A DNA stretch of 64,000 nucleotides from positions 14,322,001 through 14,386,000 of the forward strand of contig OZ024742.1 in the NCBI GenBank assembly GCA_964016885.1, given 5' to 3'. This stretch comes from Eledone cirrhosa. Its lineage: Eukaryota. A program made the translations under genes and the position numbers. This document shows, piece after piece, positions 54,757 to 64,000 of the stretch (position 1 is its first letter; every line of letters begins with the position of its first letter). The notes beneath the pieces are model-generated. The model was not told where the DNA came from. It was given only the letters and a program-made list of their open reading frames with translations, and did not search any database.

Positions 54757-55025
54757 CATCATCATCATCATCGTTTAACGTCCATATTCCACGCTTGCAT
54801 GGGTTTGGACGGGAGTTTTCCCACTTGAGGCAAGAGTGGTTGTCTTGCTCGCATAGGACTGTCTGGCGGGTTTTCTACGGTTGGATGCCCTTCCTAACAC
54901 CAACTACATTTACAGTGTGGAACTGGGAGATTTTTACCATGTTACCTACACGGCCACATTACAGCGTGGACTGTGTGTTTTTTTTGTCGTGACACCTACA
55001 CGACCTCATTTGTTTCGGGCTGGAT
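54757..55025 (-). mobile_element. RTE 3' UTR fragment
   Basis: Homologous to 44768-45030 and 50260-50530. Confidence 0.8.
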
Positions 55026-55046
55026 ATACATATATATATATATATA

Positions 55047-56880
55047 TAATATAAGATCAAAAGATGGTTAAAAGAGTTCCAAGTATTTTATTATGCGCAT
55101 TTCAAAAACAAATATCATCATGGGATGATATCTGCATTCTCATCAGATAAAATAGGGAGACATGATATGAAGCTTAAAAAACACTTGTGAGCAGTAAAGT
55201 TTTAAATCAATATATGAAAAGATAAAGTAAGATGTATATATGAGATTGGGAAAAAAAGGGGGGGGGGGTAGGAAAAGGTAATGAAGAGGAAGAAAGAAAA
55301 TAAAGGAGGGTGGGGGAGGAGTATAAGAAGGAAGGATGAGAGAGGAGGAGAAATGAGTGATAGGGAGAGAGAAATAGGCTTTACAATTGAGAAAACATTG
55401 TCTCACAGAGAGAAATTAAAAAACCGTTGGAAGATAATAGATAATTTAAAAAGATTTTGAAATTAAAAGTTAATGAGGTTTATGGATGTTGATGTTTATG
55501 ATTGAAGAAAAAGGAATTAGGAATAGTATTAATTTAGGTTTATGTATTGAAGGGTTTAATAATACGTGCGTAAAAAAAGGAAAATTTATTAATATGTATT
55601 ATTAAAATTAAAATATTAACGATATTAAGGATATAATGTGAAAGAAGGAGAAGAATAAATGAGTTATGAACTTAGAGGAATTATTTAGGGTTTAAGTTTG
55701 TTTTTATGTATTGTAATATGTAAAAGTAAATAGCAGGTTTAAAACAAGCACGGAAGGAGAGAAGAAAAAAGAGAATTTAAGGAAGAAAAAATATCTAATG
55801 TCAAAAAGTATATATGTTTACAAAAATTTTCTAATGGTAATATTATTTTATATTTAAAAATATATAGTTTCTATGGCCAATAATATGAGGAAAAATGGAA
55901 AATGCTGTAGTGAGTAATAATATGAATTGAGAAGTAATTGGGAAGTAAAGGTTACAGATTAAAGATTAGAAATTAAAAAAGAAAAAAAGAAGAAAGGAAA
56001 AAGGATAAAAAGAAGAAAGATAGGGGATCACAACGACATAGAGTGAGTAAATTGTATAATATAATATACTGAAATAAGGCAGAAAGATGTAAAAGATTTG
56101 TAAAAGATATAAAAGGCTTTGAGAAAAGAAGATTTTAAACTACTTAGGTATTGAGATATTAGCTGTATACTTTATGGAATGTTCTATGGGATTTATGCAA
56201 GCAGAGCGAAAATAAATCCGTACGTCTATTTATTATAGAATTAAAATTAAATATAAAGGTAAATTTCTCGGCTAGATTACATATTCAGGATAGAGAGGAT
56301 TTCAGGTAAGGAAAGGCGTAGCAAACCTTCCTCCAAGAGATGTTATAGTTAATATTTTTGTCTTTTAAGGACCATATGAGTTCCGAGAGTGCCGTGTTAG
56401 TTCTTTTAAGTTGGTATTTAAAAGACGATTTGTGATTATAAAATCTTGCTTTAAAGGAAGTGGAAGTGGAACCGAAATAGGTAAAAGAATTAGTACCAGT
56501 TATAACCTTACATTCATACACTAAGTTTTTATCAAGACATTGGTTATTAAGAGGACATTTAGTTCTAACAGGGCAATTACAATTACGATTAGAGAAATTA
56601 ACAGAGTTATTAACAAGTGACCTAGTATTATTTATAGAAGGAATTGGATTGGAGAAGTTATTTACGATAGGTACTATAGTTTCCTGATTTAGATTGGTAT
56701 TATGAACATTCAACGGAGTTACGTTTGACGTCGTATTTAAATTTACTGAATCTAGCCTAGAGTTAACAATGACGTCGGGTTTAGTACTGCTATTATTATG
56801 ACGCTCAGTGCTGGAGGGATGTAATTTATTAATTAATATTTTATTATTGTGTTTAGAGATAATGTTAGAGATGTTGGAAT
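55047..56880 (-). mobile_element. Second Naiad-type PLE (diverged subfamily, 3' portion)
   Basis: Encodes [15 protein letters not shown]...[15 protein letters not shown]...LVY...YFG...; the pLTR ends at the same ...cttttgatcttatatta terminus as the first copy. (TA)n flanks. Confidence 0.9.
55084..55154 (-). ncRNA. Type I hammerhead ribozyme (pLTR of second Naiad)
   Basis: UAUUUUAU-CUGAUGA-GAAUGCAGAUAUCAUC(ccau)GAUGAUAUUUGUUUUU-GAAA-UGCGCA-UA^AUAAAAUA. Substitutions relative to copy 1 mostly preserve pairing. Confidence 0.9.
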
Positions 56881-56942
56881 ATATATATATATACATATGT
56901 ATATACATATATATATATACATATATACATATATATATATAC

Positions 56943-56973
<31 letters not shown>

Positions 56974-56996
56974 CATATATACATATATATATATAC

Positions 56997-57027
<31 letters not shown>

Positions 57028-57174
57028 CATATATATACATATATATACATATATATACATATATATATATATACATATATATATACATATATATATATAC
57101 ATATATATATACATATATATATATACATATATATATACATATATATACATATATATATACATATATATATATAC

Positions 57175-58040
<866 letters not shown>

Positions 58041-58056
58041 TATATATACATATATA

Positions 58057-59626
58057 CAGTGCCCCGCAAAAGTTTACAACACATTAGGAAAAATGCGGTT
58101 TTAGGTATTTTTAATAAAGTTAGGGGAATGAAAATTTAACTACTGATAGAACATATAATGAGGCATTTAATGATACAATCGTATTTTTTAAAAAATAACA
58201 AGGAAATAACTCATGAAGAAAAATCAATATTTTTATAACGCAAAAGTTTATAACACATTTTATATTTATCGCTTTTTTTCAAGAAAATTCTTAAATTTTC
58301 AGATTTAAAATTCAGTAGAATGTTCTAGATTAGGTTTAAGGTAACTTCTAAGGACTATTAAAAACATTACGTCATTATTTGTCTGACAACCATCCTGTAA
58401 ACATTGACAACCGTCCTGTAAACATTGACAATATGGGGAAAAATAAACTGATTGATCAAGACCTCCGTAAACGCATTGTAGACCTTCATACAAATGGTGT
58501 TGGTTATAGAAAGATATCTTGTAAGTTAAATGTGCCATTGAGTTCAGTTGGTACTATAATTCGTCACTGGAAATCTCATCATTCCATCTGTCCTCTAATT
58601 AGTTCTGGTCGTCCTAGAAAGATAACGGAACGTGCAGCTCGGTTATTGATGAGAAAGGTTGGCAACGAACCCCGGTGTACTCTTTAAAATCTTCAGGATG
58701 ACCTAGTAGAAAGTGGAGTAAAAGTGAGCACAGATACAATTAGTCGTTCACTTCGTCGATATAATATCTTCTCGAGGTCTCCAAGGAAAACACCACTTCT
58801 TGCGAGGAAACACGTTCTTCGTCGATTAAACTTTGCAAATGATCTCATCAAACCTGCGTCATTTTGGGAAGACGTATTTTAGTCGGACGAAACAAAAATT
58901 GAACTTTTTGGTCGAAATGCTGTGGCAAAAGTCTGGAGAAAGAAAGGTACTGAATATTCGCCGAAGAATACTATTCCAACTGTAAAATTTGGAGGTGGAT
59001 CAATCATGGTCTGGGGTTGCTTTAGCGCCACAGGTGTAGGAAATATTGAAATAATAGAAGGAAGAATGGGTGGCGCTTATTATTGAGGTATTTTGCAAAG
59101 GAATTTACATCAAAGTGCACATTCTCTTAGCTTAAAGCCAGGTTGGTTTTTTCAACAAGATAACGATCCAAAGCATACTGCAAAGCTAACACAATCTTGA
59201 TTAAGTACGAATGGAATAAATGCTCTAAAATGGCCAAAAATTTGTGGAGAGAACTGAAACTCAGAATTCAAAAAATATCCCTGAACTAAAGAAAATTTGT
59301 TGTGAAGAATGGAAAAATATTAGCCAAGAAACATGCAAGAAGTTTGTAGGAGGCTACTCCAAACGCCCTACAGGCTATAATTAGCAACAAAGGTTACGCT
59401 ACGAAATATTAAGAGATGATTTAATAAATGTGTTGTAAACTTTTGCGTTATAAAAATATTGATTTTTCTTAATGAGTTATTTCCTTGTTATTTTTTTAAA
59501 AATATTGTATCATTAAATGCCTCATTATATGTTCTATCAGTAGTTAAATTTTCATTCCCCTAACTTTATTAAAAATACCTAAAACCACACTTTTCCTAAT
59601 GTGTTGTAAACTTTTGCGGGGCACTG
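58057..59626 (+). mobile_element. Tc1/mariner DNA transposon, IR/DR type, full length but inactive
   Basis: TA-flanked CAGTG...CACTG termini. ~205-bp TIRs each contain two direct repeats cgcaaaagttta(c/t)aacacatt. Confidence 0.95.
58433..59412 (+). pseudogene. Tc1 transposase pseudogene
   Basis: MGKNKLIDQDLRKRIVDLH...[40 protein letters not shown]. Several stops, and a deletion removes the SPDLNPIE block. Confidence 0.92.
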
Positions 59627-59689
<63 letters not shown>

Positions 59690-59694
<5 letters not shown>

Positions 59695-60896
59695 CATCAT
59701 CATCACCGTTTTACGTCCGTTCTTCCACGCTAGCATGGGTTAGACGGGTTGTCCTGTTGTGGGCAGTCTCTGGTCGGCCGACCATGCCTTGCTCATACAG
59801 GAACTGATTTGGCTTGATTTCTACAGCTGGATGCCCTTCCTAACACCAACCTCATTTACAGTGAGTACTGGGTGCTTTTTCGTGGCGCCTACACGCCCAC
59901 TTTACAGCGTGGGCTGGGTGCTATTTTGCCGTGGCACCTCCACGACCACCTTGCAGTGGGGGGGGGGGGGGCATATTGTCTATATGCTTCAGCTTGTACC
60001 CATGGGAGGTCGGGTACTCTGTATTACTGCGTGACGCCAGAAGTCACGGTCGTGTGTCATCGACTTTGAGAGGTGTAATTGGGTAAGGTCGGCTTTTATC
60101 AACTCATCCCAGGTCATCTTGGGTCTCCCCACTCCACGGTTTCCATCGACTTCTACTGCTGTGCACCTTTTTATGCAGCTGTCATCCTTCATACGCATCA
60201 CATGTCCATACCAGCGCAACCGCCTCTCCTGCACACAGCATTTGATTCCTCTTATGGTCAGTCTCTCTCTCAATTCATTTATGCTTTGTCGTTCGCGTAT
60301 ATTACTATTACACATCCATCGGAGCATGCAGGCTTCGTTTCTCTCTAATCTACGTAAGTCTTCCACCTTCAGCGCCCAAGTCTCACTACCATGCAGCATC
60401 GCTGTTCGGATACACGCATCATACAGTCTGCCTTTCATTTTGAGGGAGAAGCCTTTTGCAGCTAGCAGTGGTAGTAGTTCCCTAAACTTCTTCCATCCCA
60501 TTCTTACCCTAGTTATTGTACTTTCTGAACACCCACCTCCGCTGCTAATTCGGTCACCTAGGTAGCAGAAGCTGTCTACTGTTTCTACAGAGCCCTCCCA
60601 GAGATTGGTGGTACTTGTTTCCTGTGGCTGTTTGCTGCTTGCTGTCCCAGCACAGCTGCTGCATGTGAAGCCTACATTGTTAATTAAGCTTCCTGAGATC
60701 CCGCTACATCTCTTGTGTACCCATTGTTTGCATTTGGGGCAGAGAATGGAGTTCCTACCTACACCTTTCCTACATACTGAGCTAGGCCATTTCCCTGAAG
60801 GGATCTGGGTTCTGTTTTCTCGTCTACTTACCAGGACCTTAGTCTTTGTCATGTTGACTTTGAGACCCTTTCTTTCTAGTCCCTGCTTCCAAGTTT
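59690..60896 (-). mobile_element. RTE LINE 3' fragment
   Basis: ORF 59989-60852 (C4HC3 finger, FCYLG, RLRWYGHV) plus 3' UTR and (GAT)n. Confidence 0.93.
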
Positions 60897-61298
60897 TGAT
60901 TGCGTTTGGTGGGTGGGGCGCAGGGAGGGGGGAGGGAATGGGGTTAGGGTTATGTTGGCCATCCGCGGCCGAAACAAAGAGGAGTCCTTGCTCTTTCGTC
61001 CGGCAGCATGAGGTGAATTTGTCTCCGAGTGTCCAGATTCTTCAGACTCTCCAGAAATTCCTTAGTCCAGCCATCATATTGAAAAGCAACCAGGAGAAGT
61101 GATAGCATAGGCCGTTGACTTATGATTGGTCCAAATAATAATGGTGGAGAGTGGGGGCGGGTGGGAGGGGTATGGCGTAGTTAGCGAGGAGAAGATTATT
61201 TGTAACAGTCAGACAGAATTATAGAATAGCATTATAAATAGGATTTGGATTCTGGGCGATTATACAGATATATGGATGAATGAACGGAAGGGTGGGGA

Positions 61299-61336
<38 letters not shown>

Positions 61337-61337
<1 letters not shown>

Positions 61338-61946
61338 ATGAAATATCTATGATCGTCGGCAAATTACTGATGAGGGACTTATTTTATTACATGTTATCCA
61401 TGTGCAACCTGCAGTATTCTTCTCCCCATTTTTTCACATATATTTACCTAAACTGCGATTCTGTTTTTTTCTCTCTCTTACTGCTCCCTGGTTCTCTCTG
61501 TTTCTCCTACTTTCTTTCGCCCCCTCTGTCATGTCAGTTAACTCTTCCTCACACTTCCACTCACTCACTCACTCACTGTTTCTCCTCTTCTCACTTCACC
61601 CCGTTCGCGACGAAAACATTTTCTCTCTTTCTCACATTTGAATTCGTTCCCGAAAGGTCTTTTTTCTAAGCGCTCATATATTCACCTAGCTTATGCTAAC
61701 AGAATAACTATGAAGCTTGTTCCCTTCCTTCTACGGTTAGCTCTCCTCTTTGTTGTTATCTTGTCTCACTCGCTTTACGCGTTCTAATTGTCCTAATAAC
61801 TTAATTTAGTTATTATTGCACCGACGTGAGGTATATGATTTTTAATGCAATGAAATATCTATGATCGTCGGCAAATCACTAATGAGGGACTTATTTTATT
61901 ACATGTTATCCATGTGCAACCTGCAGTATTCTTCTCCCCCATTTTT

Positions 61947-61950
<4 letters not shown>
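61337..61950 (+). mobile_element. Non-coding element bounded by ~100-bp direct repeats
   Basis: 61337-61440 is repeated at 61849-61950 (aatgaaatatctatgatcgtcggcaaat...cttctccccattttt). Flanked by (TA)n. Confidence 0.8.
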
Positions 61951-62015
<65 letters not shown>

Positions 62016-62021
62016 CATATA

Positions 62022-64000
62022 TAACTTTGATAGGTTTCGGCCAGTATTGGCCCAGGCCATGTCTAACTTAATAGCACCACCTGGCGAAGTCTTACAATCA
62101 GTGTTTGGGCACCATGGCCCACTGGAGCAGAGAGTTATTGTTTACGGAGGCATATCCGGGTGTAGGAGGCTTATTCGGGATTTCTTGAAGGAATTTATCC
62201 AAAGACTTCTTGAACTTGATGGGATCTGTCTCTGCTTTGATGTGTTTTGGTGTAATGTTAAAGAGTGCAGGGCCAATTGAGGTGAAATAATTGTGCCGTA
62301 TTGTTGTTATGTGATGCGAGTGGGATTTTTGTCGTGGGCGGATAGCATGGGGCCCAAACCTTGGGTGTACACTAAAGGTGATGCCAACATCATTTGGGCT
62401 AAGCTGATGGAATATTTTCCACATCATACAGATAATGTAGCGCTCACGGCGACGTTGAAGAGAATAAAGTTTGAGCTTTTCTAAACGACCCCAATAGTCA
62501 AAGCCTGTCATGCCAACTATCTTTTTTGTAATTGACCTTTGGGGTGCTTCAACTGTCATGATACTTTGTTTCGTGCGGGAAAACCACAGTGGACAACAGT
62601 ATTTAAGGTGGGGTCGGGCAAAAGTGGAGAAGAGAAGGACAACAGTGTGGATATCTCTCGACTGGAAAGTTCTAAGAATCCAGGAACACATTCTGCGGGC
62701 CATATCAACTTTGCTGCTTATATGAGTGGCCCAGCTTATATTGTTGTCCACAATTACTCCCAGGTCTCTGATGTTATTGGAAGCCACTAGAGTTTCACCC
62801 AAAGGAAGAGAGTATGGTAGTTTCAGGGCATCCTTTTTTCCAAAGTGGATTAGTTCAAATTTATCCTCATTCAACAGCATATTATTCATCTCTGCCCATT
62901 GGATAACAGCCAGTAGGTCTGACTGAAGGCAAGTCCGGTCACCCACCTCATTGATGACCCTTTGGAGCTTGGAATCATCTGCGAAGATTCTGATGTTGCT
63001 GTGTTTGATGATGTCAGTAATGTTATTAATGTAGATGATGAAAAGAAGTGGGCCCAACAGAGTGCCTTGTGGGACGCCACTGCTGACTTTGGCAGGGCTT
63101 GATTTTACTCCTTCGACTACAACATGCTGGGTTCTGCCTGTCAGGAAACATTTGATCCACTGTAGTAACCTTCCAGAGACACCAACATTGGATAGTTTTT
63201 TCAGTAGAATCTTATGATCAACCCTGTCGAAGGCCTTGCTGAAATCAAGGTAGATGACATCAGTGTTGGAGCCCTCTCCTAAGGCTCTCAAAACATCGTC
63301 AAAATGATGCAGGAGCTGCGTTAGGCAGTCCCTTCCATTACGGAATCCATGTTGGTTGGAGTTCAGCAGGCCGTTGCTTTCAAGAAAGTGGGTTATTCGT
63401 GATCTCACCACCCTCTCAAATACATTGATGATATGAGAGGGGAGTGAGATCGGACGGTAGTTCACTGCAAGGGACTTATTTCCCTTTTTGAAGACTGGGA
63501 CAACGGACTGGGACAGAAAGTTTTCAGGAATATAGCCAGTGTCCAGTGAGTTCCTCCAGAGATTAGCAAGAGGAGATGCAAGTTGGTGTCGTCACACTTT
63601 CAGGACACAAGCAGGGAACCTGTTGGGGCCTACTGCTGAATTGTGTTTAATTTCGATATTGCCACTAAGACATCAGGGGCGCCAAACGTTATGTCTGATA
63701 TAGTGTGTTGGGGTTAATATCACTGATACGGCCCAGATCGACCATATCAGGGTTGCTGAAAACAGAGCAGTTTTGTTTCTGCAGTAACTCGCCCATGGTT
63801 TTGGCATTGTCCTGGAGTGTGCCATTTTCATCAACTAGGGGGCCAACAGTGGAGACAGTGACCTTGTGTTTTTTAGCGAATGAGAAGAACACTTTGGGGT
63901 TGAGTTTGATTTTCTCAATGGCCTAGCTCTCTTCAGCTATTCTCTGGTTATTGATGATGGTCATCATGCATTGCTGGAGGTTATATTTTCTTGACTCAAG
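62022..64000 (-). mobile_element. CR1/L2-group LINE ORF2 3' part (runs off window)
   Basis: ORF 62098-63465 has NYRPISL, QHGFR, YLDFSKAFD, VPQGTLLGP, FADD and RDLGV. Frameshifted upstream segments continue to the window end. Confidence 0.93.

Noticed and set aside
56285-56287. In-frame TGA in the second Naiad as selenocysteine
   Set aside because: It aligns to Lys, not Cys, in the other copy and is followed by a frame-disrupting deletion; more likely CGA>TGA decay.
61349-61376. SECIS-like AUGA...AAA...GA
   Set aside because: Spacing between AUGA and AAA is only 8 nt, and there is no linked Sec-containing ORF.

Overview
AT-rich, repeat-dense eukaryotic DNA, most likely a coleoid cephalopod (Octopus-like). 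This is inferred from the (TA)n density and the RTE-tailed tRNA-SINE, RTE and CR1 repertoire. The only host gene I can support is the 3' end of a ZFYVE9/ZFYVE16 (SARA/endofin) homologue on the + strand: three terminal coding exons at 13375-17069, preceded by an intron with two large minisatellites. The rest is mobile DNA: several RTE LINE copies, CR1-type LINE pieces, tRNA-SINEs, two non-autonomous Helitrons, a decayed IR/DR Tc1 transposon and two Naiad-type Penelope-like elements (PLEs; RT plus GIY-YIG). The most striking signal is a dense set of short non-coding fold-back insertions, mostly embedded in (TA)n. They have unrelated sequences, but many carry type I hammerhead ribozyme (HHR) motifs. 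Many also share a covarying 3' bulged hairpin (RYUC-helix-UH-GARY) that lies just beyond the point where the inverted arm, or the PLE copy, ends. I propose this as a candidate RT-recognition/initiation element for a Naiad-driven, retrozyme-like system. All folds were paired by eye and need computational and experimental confirmation.
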